From Acidobacteriota bacterium (lineage in GTDB: Bacteria > Acidobacteriota > UBA890 > WLXD01), in NCBI GenBank assembly GCA_965205505.1, contig CBDBHB010000008.1, forward strand, positions 704,001 to 768,000: DNA of 64,000 bases. Direction: 5' to 3'. A program made the position numbers and the translations under genes. Below, piece after piece: positions 10,103 to 21,045 of this stretch (the stretch's first letter is position 1; each line of letters begins with the position of its first letter). Below the pieces are notes generated by a model. That model had not been told where the DNA came from. It searched no databases and saw only the letters and a program-made list of their open reading frames with translations.

Positions 10103-10864
10103 TCAGGCGGCCGGAAACGTCCGTCGGTGCCGGAGAGAGGCGTAGGTCAACCAGGCTAGTGGCATGGCCACCAGCATGTAAGTGATGTACCGACCGTAGC
10201 GTCCGTCAGGGCCGTAGGGCTCGGTCGCCCAGTGCAATGGCTCGCTGTAGGGCAGGACGTTAGCTTCGGTGAGCTCATGGAACCCGTAGATCAGCAGCTG
10301 CGCGACGAAGACCAGCAGGAAGACGGCAGTGACCTGGAAGAACAAAGCCAGGTTGACCCGATGGCCGTAGCGCGACCACAGCCAGGCGACGCTCGCAGCG
10401 GTCAGGAGCCCGGCCATGGCTCCAACGATGAGCGGGATCGATTGAATCTGACGGAACAGCACGTTCATCAAGAGCGCCGTCTCCATGCCCTCGCGCGTGA
10501 TCATGAACAGCGTGAAGACAAACACACCGAGGAGGGCTCCGCGCCCGTCGTTGCGCGCCGCATCGTTCAAGTGCTGCTCGATGTTGCCCTTCAGATGCTT
10601 CGCCGTGCGCCACATGTGGACCGTCAACGAGGCCACCATGATGGCCGCCACCAGCGCCAGGATTCCTTCCCATAGTGCCTGGTTCGCGGCCCGAGCGAAC
10701 AACACACCGGCAATGATGCTTACCGCCACCGAGGCAGCGACGCCCCAGTAGATCGCCGGCACCAACTTCGCGCGCCCGCTCTTGCGGAGGTACGCGAGGC
10801 TAATGGCGATGATCAGAAAAGCCTCTAGGCCCTCCCTCAGTGTGATGATGTAGGAACTCAGCAT
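10103..10864 (-). CDS. FTR1/EfeU family iron permease
   Basis: Two REGxE motifs (REGLEA, REGMET); multiple TM helices. Confidence 0.93.
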   Translation of the reverse strand: MLSSYIITLREGLEAFLIIAISLAYLRKSGRAKLVPAIYWGVAASVAVSIIAGVLFARAANQALWEGILALVAAIMVASLTVHMWRTAKHLKGNIEQHLNDAARNDGRGALLGVFVFTLFMITREGMETALLMNVLFRQIQSIPLIVGAMAGLLTAASVAWLWSRYGHRVNLALFFQVTAVFLLVFVAQLLIYGFHELTEANVLPYSEPLHWATEPYGPDGRYGRYITYMLVAMPLAWLTYASLRHRRTFPAA

Positions 10865-11131
10865 CCGATTGCCGCCCCGAGCCGCCGGTGCGCGGCCGGT
10901 AGAACCTGCCGCAGCATGGTTGATGAAGAAAATTGCCAGCGAGATCGACTCGCTGTTGAGATCGCGTCTCAGTAGCAGAGTACGGCCGACAATCCCTGTC
11001 CGTCAAGACCGCCGCCAGCGGCGACTCCCCCGTCGGTCTTGTATATGGTCAATTGCGGCGTTCGTCGGGCTTCCGAGCGGCCTTGTAGGCGCCGGCAAAG
11101 CGATCACCGATCGGCGACACGGAGGACGAAC

Positions 11132-12028
11132 ATGCATACACCGGATTCGGCCTCGATCATCGGCGCCGGGACGATGGGACGGCGCATCGCCTTCGGATGC
11201 GTCATACGCGGCGTAGGGGTGCGCATCTTCGACACCGACCCGGTGGCACTTGAAGACGCGGTTGACGCCGTGTAGCAGCTCGTTCGCGAGCGTGTCGCGG
11301 ACGGTCGGCTATCGTCAGAGGCACTTGACCAGTCGGCGCAACTGCTCGCGCCCAGCGACTCGCTCGCTAGTTGCGTCGCCGATAGCCCGCTGGTGATCGA
11401 GACGGTTGACGAGCGGCTCGAGTTGAAGCGTGAGGTATTCGCCAAGATCGACCGTTATGCTCCGGCCGACGCGCTGATCGTGTCCAACACGTCCTCGCTG
11501 CCGGCGTCGACGCTCGCACCGGCAACCGGGCGCCCGGCCAATTTCCTCAACTTCAACTTCGGCCCACCCGATGACCTCAAGGTCGAGATCATGGGTCACT
11601 CAGGAACGGATCCGGCGAGGGTCAAACAGCTCGTCGCCTTCGTAGCGCGTCTCGGTCTGGTGCCGATTGTTGCCAGCCGAGAGATCTAGGGCTACGTCAG
11701 CAATCGTGTTTGGCGGGCGGTCAAGAAGGAGGTGCTGTTCCTGCTCGACCAGGGATACTCCACGCCGGAGGATATCGATCGCGGCTGGATGCTGGATTGG
11801 AACACGCCGATCGGGCCCTGTGGCGCGATGGATCAGATCGGCCTCGACGTGGTGCGCGACATCGAGCAGGTGTATTACGAGACCAGCGGCGATCCGTCCG
11901 ACCGTCCGCCGCAGTTGCTCCACGACATGATCGCAAACGGCAAACTCGGTGAGAAATCCGGCGAGGGCTTCTACCGCTACCCCGATCCTGCTTATATGCG
12001 CCCGGGATGGAGAACGAGAGTCGAATGA
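11132..12028 (+). pseudogene. 3-hydroxyacyl-CoA dehydrogenase family protein interrupted by two in-frame TAG codons (11273-11275, 11687-11689)
   Basis: GAGTMG Rossmann motif, VIETVDERLELKREVF, SNTSSL, REI*GYVSNRVW, PIGPCGAMDQIGLD, GKLGEKSGEGFY, all in one frame; GGAGG RBS; stop overlaps the next ATG. Confidence 0.88.
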
Positions 12029-12981
12029 CCGATACCTGGAACTACGGTGACGCGCACGCCTACATGCGCCAGCTGGCGGCTGGCATGCCACCGGTGATCA
12101 TCTGCCTGGCAGCGAACGGCGGAATCCAGGGAAAGGAGTACTGCGCCGCGCTCCCGGAGACCGCCGAAGAGGTCGCCGATTCGGTCGGAGAAGCCTATGA
12201 CGTCGGCGCATCGATGGTGCACATCCACGCCCGAGATCCCGAGACCCTCTGGAAGGGCGCCACGACGACCGACGTGTGGCTCGACTACAACAGCAAGATC
12301 CGCGCGCGGTGCCCGGACATCATCATCAACAACACCACCGGCGGCGACCTATGGATGGACAACGAGCAGCGTCTTTCCTGCCTCGACGCCAATCCGGAGA
12401 TTGCCTCATTGAATCTGGCGCCCGATATGGGGAAGTTCAGGCTCAAGCCGCGTACCGAGCCGCTCCCCCACCCGCGCCCGGAGATCGTTTACGACGGCTG
12501 CGCCCCGTTCACCTATGAGCAGATCTCGCACTTTGCCCGACAGATGAAGCAGCGCGGCATCAAGCCGGAGCTGGAGACCTATCATCCCGGGTGCGGCTGG
12601 GTGATTCGCGACCTGATCGACCAGGATCTGATCGAGCCTCCCTACTGGGTGCAGACCGTGATGGGCTACCAGACCTCGAGCTTCCCGACGGTCGACAACG
12701 TCGTGCAGATCGTACGTGAGTTTCCCGAGCGATCTGTGTGGCTGTGCTCGGGAATCGGCGCACACCAGCCGCCCATGACGACGCTGTCGCTCATCATGGG
12801 CGGGCACGTGCGCGTCGGGCTCGAGGACAACGTCTACTACCGGCGAGGCGAGAAGGCCACCAGCAATCGGCAGCTGGTGGAGCGGGCCGGGCGCATGGCG
12901 CACGAGCTCAATCGTGAGATCGCCACCCCGGCGCAAGCACGCGAGATGCTGGGGCTGTCGGCCACGCCGACGCAGTATTGA
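12025..12981 (+). CDS. BKACE / 3-keto-5-aminohexanoate cleavage enzyme family (DUF849)
   Basis: GASMVHIHAR, NNTTGG, PEIASLN, IKPELE, GGHVRVGLEDN, REIATPAQAREMLGL. Confidence 0.93.
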   Translation: MTDTWNYGDAHAYMRQLAAGMPPVIICLAANGGIQGKEYCAALPETAEEVADSVGEAYDVGASMVHIHARDPETLWKGATTTDVWLDYNSKIRARCPDIIINNTTGGDLWMDNEQRLSCLDANPEIASLNLAPDMGKFRLKPRTEPLPHPRPEIVYDGCAPFTYEQISHFARQMKQRGIKPELETYHPGCGWVIRDLIDQDLIEPPYWVQTVMGYQTSSFPTVDNVVQIVREFPERSVWLCSGIGAHQPPMTTLSLIMGGHVRVGLEDNVYYRRGEKATSNRQLVERAGRMAHELNREIATPAQAREMLGLSATPTQY

Positions 12982-13024
12982 TGTCGGCCCGCAATCGCCA
13001 GCGGGCGTGTCTCCCCGGCCGGCG

Positions 13025-14503
13025 ATGGTGGCGGCCGAGCGGCGTCGCCCGGTGAGCGTCGAACGCGCCACGCTGAAGAAGGACATCGAGCTCTGGTCGC
13101 TGTTCAGCCTTTCGTTCGGCACCATCGTCGGCGTCGGTTGGATCACGGTCATGGGCTCTTGGCTGGGCGCCGCCGGCTCGATCGGCTCGATCCTGGCGTT
13201 TGCCGGCGGCGGCGCCGTGATCTTGCTGATCGGGCTCTGCTACGCGGAGATCGCCGGCATGTACCCGGTCTCCGGTGGAGAGGTAGCCTACGTCTACGAA
13301 ACCTACGGAACACGCCTCAGCTTCGCGACTGGATGGCTGCTCGCCTACAGCTACATCTCGACGACGAGCTTCGAGGCAGTTTCGATCGGGTGGCTCCTAT
13401 CGGCGATCATGCCGGGCTTCGGTGGGCCCGTGGTCTATTCAGTTCTGGGTGCCGATGTACGTCTGTGGGACCTTGTCCTGGGCCTATCGTTGATGGGCAT
13501 GATCACGATCATCAACTACCGCGGCGGCAAGACCACCACACGCTTCCAGGACATCATGACGGTGACGCTGCTGGCCGCCACCGCGGTCTTCGTGAGCGTG
13601 GCGCTGATCGGCGGCGACTTCGGGAATCTGGAGCCCACGTTCGTCGGAGCCACCTCGGGCGGAGTGGTGTTCGGAATCCTGACCGTCATGGCCGCGACCC
13701 CCTTCTTTTTGGCCGGCTTCGACACCATTCCGCAGGCGATGGGAGAGCTGGCGGAGGGCGTCCACCTGCGCCTGCTGCCAAAGATAATGGCCCTTTCGAT
13801 CGGCCTGTCGATCGTCTTCTATTGCCTGGTGATCCTCGCGGCGGCGGTGAGCTTGCCACGGGCGGAGCTCCTGGCCTTCGACCTGCCCGTAGCCGGAGCT
13901 CTAGAAGCCGCGTTTGAATCTGCCTTCATGGGCCGGCTTGTTCTGTTCGCGGGCCTATGCGGCCTGATCACCACGTGGAACGCGATCTTCTTCGCCTCTA
14001 CACGCGTCATCTTCTCGTTGGGTCGGGCGTACATGATCCCTCCGGTGTTCGGGCGCGTGCACCCGAGGTACGGATCTCCCACAGTCGCGGTGGTCTTCGT
14101 AGGGATCGTGGGCGCCATCGGTGCCCTCTTCGGTCGCAACGCCATCGGCGTGATCGTCAGCACATCGGGGGCATCGTTCGCGCTGGTGTTCGCGGTCGTG
14201 GTGCTCGGCATCGCCAAGCTGCGAAGCACACATCCGCAACACGAGCGACCCTATCGACTCCCCGTTGGCCGCCCACTAATGGTGATCGGCGCCATCTTCG
14301 GCGTCGCACTGTTCTTGATGGCGATGTACGAGCCCTACATCGCCGCGGGCAACCGAGTACCTCCTGAGTGGACTGCACTGATCGTGTGGGTGGTGCTCGG
14401 CGCTCTGTTCTACTGGTCCGCGACCGGATTGCGCTGCCAGATCAGTGAAAAAGACCGTCGTTGGCTGGTGCTCAACGAGGGTGCAGCAACGCCACGAGAC
14501 TGA
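13025..14503 (+). CDS. APC family amino acid permease
   Basis: GTIVGVG, YAEIAGMYPVSGG, AGFD, RVIFSLGR, FGRVHPRYGSP; about 12 TM segments. Confidence 0.92.
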   Translation: MVAAERRRPVSVERATLKKDIELWSLFSLSFGTIVGVGWITVMGSWLGAAGSIGSILAFAGGGAVILLIGLCYAEIAGMYPVSGGEVAYVYETYGTRLSFATGWLLAYSYISTTSFEAVSIGWLLSAIMPGFGGPVVYSVLGADVRLWDLVLGLSLMGMITIINYRGGKTTTRFQDIMTVTLLAATAVFVSVALIGGDFGNLEPTFVGATSGGVVFGILTVMAATPFFLAGFDTIPQAMGELAEGVHLRLLPKIMALSIGLSIVFYCLVILAAAVSLPRAELLAFDLPVAGALEAAFESAFMGRLVLFAGLCGLITTWNAIFFASTRVIFSLGRAYMIPPVFGRVHPRYGSPTVAVVFVGIVGAIGALFGRNAIGVIVSTSGASFALVFAVVVLGIAKLRSTHPQHERPYRLPVGRPLMVIGAIFGVALFLMAMYEPYIAAGNRVPPEWTALIVWVVLGALFYWSATGLRCQISEKDRRWLVLNEGAATPRD

Positions 14504-14515
14504 AGGAGCGGTCGC

Positions 14516-16851
14516 ATGACAAGCGAGCAGGCACCGATGACCTTGCCAAACCAGCCCCGAGCCAGGCACAGTGGCGCCCGCTACACGGTGGCGGCGCTGG
14601 TGGCCGCAAGCGCGCTCGCAGGCGCCCTCACAAGCAGCGCGCGCCGGCGGCACCGACACGCCTTTCTTCGACGTCTACGACGCCGGCGTGCAGGTGGCCG
14701 AGCTGGCCATCGGGCCGGATCGCGTCAGCATTCGCAAGAAGGACGTTGCCGACAACTCGTGGGCCGGCGACGGAGGCCGGGCTAGGCGATATCGGCCACA
14801 ACGAGGTGTTCGAGCTGACCGGCTCGATCCGCCACCTGCCCGCCAAGCTCGCCGGCCTTGCGGCCATCGACTGGTGGTCGTTAGTGGCCGTCGGCTGGCC
14901 CGATGCCGACACCATCTACACACGCCATCGCGAGCTCGAGGGCGATGTGGGCAGCAAAACCACCACTGGCGTCTACTGGGCCGAAAAGGACGCCAGCCAA
15001 CCGCTGGATCTGGTGTTCGACCGCGAAAACCGCTTGATCGCCGGAGTCGATGTCAGCCGCGATCGAGTCATGGTGCGTCGCGGGTATGAGGCGTTCACCA
15101 CCGTCGAGCGTTGGCGCGACGCCGGCGTGGCGCAACCCGAATACGGCTTTCGTGCGCTGCAGAAGGCCCTGGTCGCGATGTCCGACGGTGTTCGGCTCGA
15201 CACCCTCGTGTACCTACCGGTCGGACCGAGCGCCGGCCCGTTTCCGACCATCTTCGTGCGTTCCCCCTACGGCATCGGAAACCTGATCAACAACTACTGG
15301 TACCACGCCGTCAGAGGCTATGCGCTCGTATTCCAGGCGGCTCGCGGCACCTCGTTTCTCGATCCGGAGAACCGCTCCGAGGGCGTCTGGGAAGAAATGG
15401 TGCGCGAGCCACAGGACGGCGGCGAAGCGCTCCAGTGGATCGTCGAGCAACCCTGGTCGAACGGCGATGTCTGCATGCAGGGCGGCTCCTACGTCGGCTA
15501 CACGCAGTGGTCGGTATCGATGGCCGACAACCCGGCGCTGAAATGCATCGTGCCCGAGGTCTCGATGGGCACCGCGTTCGCCGACCAGCCGTTCATGGGC
15601 GGTACCTTCGTGACCGGCTCTGCCTACTACATGTTCTAGATGCTCGAGCACGAGCTGCTTCCGGAGCGCCGCTGGAGCGAGGTGCTACGCCACCGGCCGC
15701 TGATCGACATGGACAACTTTGCCATCGGCAGCAACGTGCCGGGGTGGGACACGTCGCTATCGCACTGGGGTAACGACGAGTACTGGAAGCAGCAGGATTG
15801 GCACGACCGCGATCTCGAGCGCGACTTCGCCACGCTTCAGATCAGCGGTTGGTTCGACGACGACTTCCCCGGCACGCGTAGCAACTGGGCGTTGATGCAA
15901 AGCGTCGGGCGGCAGCCGCAACGGTTGATCATCGGTCCATGGCGACACGGCTACAACAACGACCGGCGGCTCAACGGCTACTCGTATGGTCCCGATTCGC
16001 TACGCGACGATATCCGGCTCCTCAAGCAGAAGTGGTATGACCGGTTTCTCGGGGGCATGGAAAACGATGTGACCGAGCCCGTCGTCGAGTACTTCATGCT
16101 CGGAGAGAATCGCTGGCGCCAAAGCACCGCGTGGCCACCGCCGGAAGCCAGCGATCAGCGCTGGTACCTGCACGGCGGCGGCCTGGCGAATCGATCGTTC
16201 GCCGACGGCGCGTTGAGCCTCGAGCCCCCGGCAGCGGCACAGCCCCCCGAGCGCTACCTCTACGACCCCGACGACCCGACGCCGAACTGGTACAACTTCG
16301 ACCTCATGGAGAGCTGGTCGGACGTGCAGTCCTTTCCCTACGACTTCAAGGACATCGAGGCCCGTCACGACGTCGTCGTCTACACCTCGCCGCCGCTCCA
16401 GGAGGACCTCACGATCGCCGGCAACATCATGCTCGAGCTGTACGCCTCGACCGACGTGCGCGATACCGATTGGTGGGTGCATGTGTCCGACGTCGACGCC
16501 GAGCTGCGGTCGCATCGGCTGACCGTGGGCGTGCTCCGGGCGCGCTTCCGCAACCTCGACGACCCCGAATACCACGTGTTTGGCTCGAACTTCGAGCGCG
16601 AGGACCTGCTGTCGGGGAACCTCGACGAGGTCGTTCGCTACCGCGTCAGCGCTCCGGCGATCGCCAACACGTTCAAGGCGGGCCACCGTGTCCGCGTGGC
16701 GGTGATGAACGCCCTCGACAACTACTCGTTCCCCAACTCGAACACCGGCGGCGACGAGGCGCGCGTCACGGAAACCGTCACCGGGACGATGGTGATCCAC
16801 CACACGCCCGAGCACCCGAGCCATATCGTGCTGCCGGTGATGCCGCGCTAA
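14516..16851 (+). pseudogene. CocE/NonD (S15-like) hydrolase with two frameshifts (~14640, ~14770) and an in-frame TAG at 15637-15639
   Basis: MSDGVRLDT, RSPYG, GGSYVG nucleophile, GWFDD, IGPWRH, YTSPPL; 14461..15639 and 15640..16851 abut in frame (YYMF*MLEH). Confidence 0.85.
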
Positions 16852-16895
16852 CAGGCTGTCGGGCGATCTCCGATGGATTGGTTACGGCCTGCTAG
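16848..16895. repeat. 48-bp minimal inverted-end element between convergent genes
   Basis: ctaacaggctgt ... acggcctgctag (10/12 inverted); both ends resemble the ctagcaggccgt terminus and each contains a flanking gene's stop codon. Confidence 0.65.
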
Positions 16896-19492
16896 AAGGC
16901 GCTGTCGGCCAGCGTGATGACGCGGCCTGGAAGCGCCCCGGTAAGGCGTCCTTCCTCGACCACAGCCTGGCCTCCGACCAGCACCCACTCGACGCCCTCG
17001 GCAAACTGGTGCGGCTCGCTGAACGTCGCCCGGTCGCAAATCGTCTCGAGATCGAAGACCACGAGATCCGCCACCAGGCCCTCGCGTACGAGACCCCGGT
17101 CATTGAGCCGTAGGACCTGCGCCGGTAGCGATGTCGACGTGCGCACCGCCTGTGCAACGCTGAGCGCGCCCAACTCGATCGCGTAACGCCGGATCTTGCG
17201 TGGAAAAGTCCCGTAGTAGCGAGCGTGAACCGGAAGCTCATCCTCGACTACCGCAACGCCCGCGTCGGAGGCGGTCAGCGTGTAGGGCTCGGCCGCCAGC
17301 GCCTCGACGTCGACTTCGGCGAGCGAGAATCCACGCAAGCGAGCGCCACCCGGGCGCGTCGCGAACCCCTCGAGCTGAAGTAGGATCGCCGCCTCGATGC
17401 TATCGACCCCACGATCGCGGGCGAGCTGAGCGAGCGACTTGCCGACTTGTGTCGGGTCCGAGTACTCGAAGACGAAGATCTGCTCGGCCCCACCGCGACG
17501 GGCGATCTCACGGCGGACATCGCGCCCTAGGTCGGCACGGAGGGCGTCGTCGTCGAGGACCTCGCGTAACCTGGCCGCGTAGTCGGGGTCGGCGGTTTCC
17601 TCGTCGCCGCCCTCGCCCCAACGATCGTAACGCAGCGCCCACGGTGGGATCAGTACCGTGCTGCCATCGCTTCCCGTAGTCGTGTACGGGTACTGGTCTA
17701 ACCAGATCTCGACTCCGCGGGCGCGCGCCGTCCGCATCAGGTTGATGATCGCGCCGCTGGAACCCCAGTAGTCGGCACCTTTCACCTTGATGTGGGTGGC
17801 CACCGTGGGGACACGCGTGGACTCGGCGATATGAATCGTCTCGACAATGTTGTCGAGCATCGTCGGCGGCCCGGGGTCATGCTGGCTCGGCAGATACCAC
17901 ATGGGGTCGGCGCCCGAGGCACGCTCGTGCACGATGTACACGCCACCGGTATCCGTGAGCGTCGATACCAAACTGAGCACCTCGGCGGTATCGCTCCATC
18001 GCCCCGGTACGTACTCCAGCCCCGCGGACAGGCCGTAGGCGCCCTCGGCGATGCCCTGGCGCACCATGGCGGCCATGCGCTGCACCTCGTCGTCGGTAGC
18101 CAGACGTCGAAAGTCGGGCCCGAGCACCTCGCGGCGAATGCTGTTGTGGCCCACCAGCAGGATGGTGTTGGGACCGCTACCGAGATTTTCCAGGGTGGCC
18201 CGCTGCCGCGCGATCGACAGCGGGCTGCCGCCGTCCTGATTGACCACCACAGTGGTGATGCCCTGGCTGACCAGGTTCGGCGCGCTGCGCCTGTGTGGAT
18301 CTGCTGCGCGCAGCCCGCTACGTTCTCCGCCGGGACCATCGGCATGCGAGTGCATGTCGATGAAGCCGGGCGCAACGATCTTGCCAACAACGTCGATCAC
18401 GCGGTCGGCGGCTGCCCCGCTCAACCGCCCGACGGCAGCGATACGCCCGTCCTTGATGCCGACATCAGCGTAACGCCACGGATTGCCCGTGCCGTCGAGT
18501 ACCCGACCGCCGACGAGCAACAGGTCGTAGCCGTCTGCCGCAAGGGTCGAGCCGCCGTCGGCCACGAACGGCGCGAAGTGCTCCTGCAGCAACTCGTTGA
18601 GCGCCTCGGCCGCTTGCTCCGGTACCCAGTGGCCCACCCCCTCGAGGATCTCGAATCGATACGGCCCCTCCACGAAGTTCGCGGTGAGCTCGGCGCCCTC
18701 GCGCCCGAGAAAAAGGTCGTCGGTGCTCCAGACGAACATCGTCGGCATGGCGATGGGTGTGACCTGCCCGGCGCCGGTCTGAAGATTCATGGCGCGATAC
18801 CAGTTCAACGCCGCACCAATCGCCTCGCGGGTGCCGAGCAGGTCCACGTACTCCTGCACCTCCGCAGGAGTCAGTCCGGCGCCGCCGTATACTCCCCGCA
18901 ACATCGCGGCATCGTCGGCCAGGAAGAGGTCCTCCGCCCCCTCGGAGCGGAACACCTCCATGTACCCGGACATTCGTGCCTGCTGCCCCTCCGGGTCGGC
19001 AAGCGCCTGCCCGAAAGCGAACGGGTGCGGCACCGAGATCGGCACCAGCGAGAGCACGCGATCGGGGTGCATGAGGGCCACGTACCACGCCACCGCCGCA
19101 CCCCAGTCATGACCGACGACGTGGAAGGTCTCTGCACCCACGGCATCGGCCATTCCGACGACGTCCGCTACCAGGTTGGGAATCCCGTACGCCTCGACGC
19201 CTTGCGGCCTCGCCCCAGGGGAGTAACCACGCTGGTTGGGTGCGATGACCCGGAAGCCCATCGAAGCGAGTGTGGGTATCTGATGCCGCCACTCGATGGC
19301 CCCCTGCGGGAAGCCGTGCAGCATGAACAGGACCGGGCCGTCCTCCGGCCCGGCTACCAAGACATCGAAGACGAGCTCGCCAACTTCGATTGTCGCTTCG
19401 TCGGCCATCGAAAAGCCGGCAGTTGGAGACACCACGGCCAGCAGCGACGCCACGATCGGCAACGCCGCAGCACGACAAGCAACTCTGTTCAT
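16892..19492 (-). CDS. Exported fusion: alpha/beta hydrolase (epoxide hydrolase-like) + N-acyl-D-amino-acid deacylase
   Basis: N-half: LHGFP, RGYS, GHDWGA, GVGHWVPE. C-half: APGFIDMHSH, SQGITT, GLEYVPG, DQYPY, HARYYGTFPR, ADLVVFD. GAGGA RBS before ATG 19492. Confidence 0.88.
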   Translation of the reverse strand: MNRVACRAAALPIVASLLAVVSPTAGFSMADEATIEVGELVFDVLVAGPEDGPVLFMLHGFPQGAIEWRHQIPTLASMGFRVIAPNQRGYSPGARPQGVEAYGIPNLVADVVGMADAVGAETFHVVGHDWGAAVAWYVALMHPDRVLSLVPISVPHPFAFGQALADPEGQQARMSGYMEVFRSEGAEDLFLADDAAMLRGVYGGAGLTPAEVQEYVDLLGTREAIGAALNWYRAMNLQTGAGQVTPIAMPTMFVWSTDDLFLGREGAELTANFVEGPYRFEILEGVGHWVPEQAAEALNELLQEHFAPFVADGGSTLAADGYDLLLVGGRVLDGTGNPWRYADVGIKDGRIAAVGRLSGAAADRVIDVVGKIVAPGFIDMHSHADGPGGERSGLRAADPHRRSAPNLVSQGITTVVVNQDGGSPLSIARQRATLENLGSGPNTILLVGHNSIRREVLGPDFRRLATDDEVQRMAAMVRQGIAEGAYGLSAGLEYVPGRWSDTAEVLSLVSTLTDTGGVYIVHERASGADPMWYLPSQHDPGPPTMLDNIVETIHIAESTRVPTVATHIKVKGADYWGSSGAIINLMRTARARGVEIWLDQYPYTTTGSDGSTVLIPPWALRYDRWGEGGDEETADPDYAARLREVLDDDALRADLGRDVRREIARRGGAEQIFVFEYSDPTQVGKSLAQLARDRGVDSIEAAILLQLEGFATRPGGARLRGFSLAEVDVEALAAEPYTLTASDAGVAVVEDELPVHARYYGTFPRKIRRYAIELGALSVAQAVRTSTSLPAQVLRLNDRGLVREGLVADLVVFDLETICDRATFSEPHQFAEGVEWVLVGGQAVVEEGRLTGALPGRVITLADSAF

Positions 19493-19696
19493 GAGTTCTT
19501 CCTCGAGTAGCGTAGCGGAGCGCACCGCCGAGTCTGCCAGAATTCGGCGCGGCTGGCGAAGGCGGTCGCTGAGCGCGACGCGGGCGGACGTCTGATTCTC
19601 GGGCCGGTGACTTTCTTGCTCTGTGCCGGTAGCCTCTCGTCGCGAAACGGGTTGCAGGCATGGACCCTCCGACAGGGCAACCGATGAGGGAACCTG

Positions 19697-21037
19697 ATGA
19701 CAGCAGCGATCAGCCGAGTTCGGCGTTCCTCGGCGTTGCGCCTTGGCTTGGCGTGCGGCGTGTCCATGCTGGGGCTCGTGTCCGCTTCCGCGCAGTGGAC
19801 GCCGCTAGCTCGAGGTAGCGACAACATCCGGGTCGTATCGCACCTGCCGCTCGGGCCGCGCATCAGCGTCGCCGACATCGAGCTCGAGCAGGAGCTGTCG
19901 CGCCCGTACGTTTATGTGGCCCGCATGGTCTACGGCGACGTCGGCGAGAAGGGCACCGACATCATCAGCATCGAGGACCCCGAGCACCCGAAGGTCGTCT
20001 ACCGGTGGCGCATCGAGGACCAGGACCTACACCTGGATACCGGCGGCATGGACGTGAAGTACTTCAAATGGGGCGACCGCTATTACGTGGTGCAGTCGTT
20101 GCAGTTCGGTCAGGGCGGCCCCAACACGGACCTCGGTGCCGTTGTCCTCGACGTTACCGACCTTCCCGATCCCGATGCAGTTAGCGAGGTGGCGCGTATT
20201 CGGGCACCGGACCAGCCGCGCGGCTTCCACAACATCTTCATCTACAAGCACTCCAACGGTCGGGTGTTGCTGTTCGCCACCACCGAGGGCTCGTCGGTGC
20301 ATGTGTACGACCTCGGCCACGTGGTCGAGGGCAAGATGAACGACGCGTTGGTGGCAAAGGTGCAGGCTGGGCCATCGCCGGGGCCCTTTTCCAGCTATCA
20401 CGACATGTACGTCGGCTACCACGTCGACAGCCAGCAGGATCGCTTCTACGGCGCCGGTACCGGTGGCTACTACGTGTACGACGTCACCGATCTGGAGAAC
20501 CCCGCACTCCTGGTATCGCTCTCTGGAATCGAAGGGGTAACCGCCGGCCACACCTTCACGCCCACCCCTGACGGTCGCTATGTGGTCGCCGAGAGCGAGT
20601 ACCGCTACGCGCCCTTACGTATTTTCGACCTCAAGCCGGGGCTGGACGGCGACGTTGCCAACATCTCGGTGCCGATCTCGGCATGGACCGCCAACTGGCA
20701 GTACCTGGTGCACAACCACGAAATTCGCTGGCCGTTCGTCTTCGTCTCTGGCTACATGGACGGGCTGCAAGTGTTCAGCATCATGGATCCGTCCAACCCG
20801 GTCACCGTCGGTTACTACGCCACCTATGTCGGGCCGGAAAACCCCGATGTGTATCCGACCGACAATGGTGCGTTCGGGGTCGATGTTCGCAACGCCGACG
20901 GGCTGATCGTGATCAGCGACATGACCACCGGATTCTGGGCCTTCCGTATGGAGGGTTTCCAAGGTTGGAACGGCGCCGACTGGGGCATGCCCAACATCTC
21001 GAGCGTGCAGGACTGGAGCGCCGGTCCGCAGCCATAG
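19697..21037 (+). CDS. Exported LVIVD-repeat beta-propeller protein
   Basis: Repeats such as AVVLDVTDLP, YYVYDVTDLENP, LRIFDLKP, LQVFSIMDPSNP, with recurring His (HNIF, HDMY, HTF, HNHE). Confidence 0.8.
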   Translation: MTAAISRVRRSSALRLGLACGVSMLGLVSASAQWTPLARGSDNIRVVSHLPLGPRISVADIELEQELSRPYVYVARMVYGDVGEKGTDIISIEDPEHPKVVYRWRIEDQDLHLDTGGMDVKYFKWGDRYYVVQSLQFGQGGPNTDLGAVVLDVTDLPDPDAVSEVARIRAPDQPRGFHNIFIYKHSNGRVLLFATTEGSSVHVYDLGHVVEGKMNDALVAKVQAGPSPGPFSSYHDMYVGYHVDSQQDRFYGAGTGGYYVYDVTDLENPALLVSLSGIEGVTAGHTFTPTPDGRYVVAESEYRYAPLRIFDLKPGLDGDVANISVPISAWTANWQYLVHNHEIRWPFVFVSGYMDGLQVFSIMDPSNPVTVGYYATYVGPENPDVYPTDNGAFGVDVRNADGLIVISDMTTGFWAFRMEGFQGWNGADWGMPNISSVQDWSAGPQP

Positions 21038-21045
21038 GCTCCCTC

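Noticed and set aside
17792-19510. Long antisense or alternate-frame ORFs (e.g. 572 aa here, 21329..22975, 59910..61133)
   Set aside because: Shadow ORFs typical of high-GC DNA, overlapping well-supported genes and lacking motifs.
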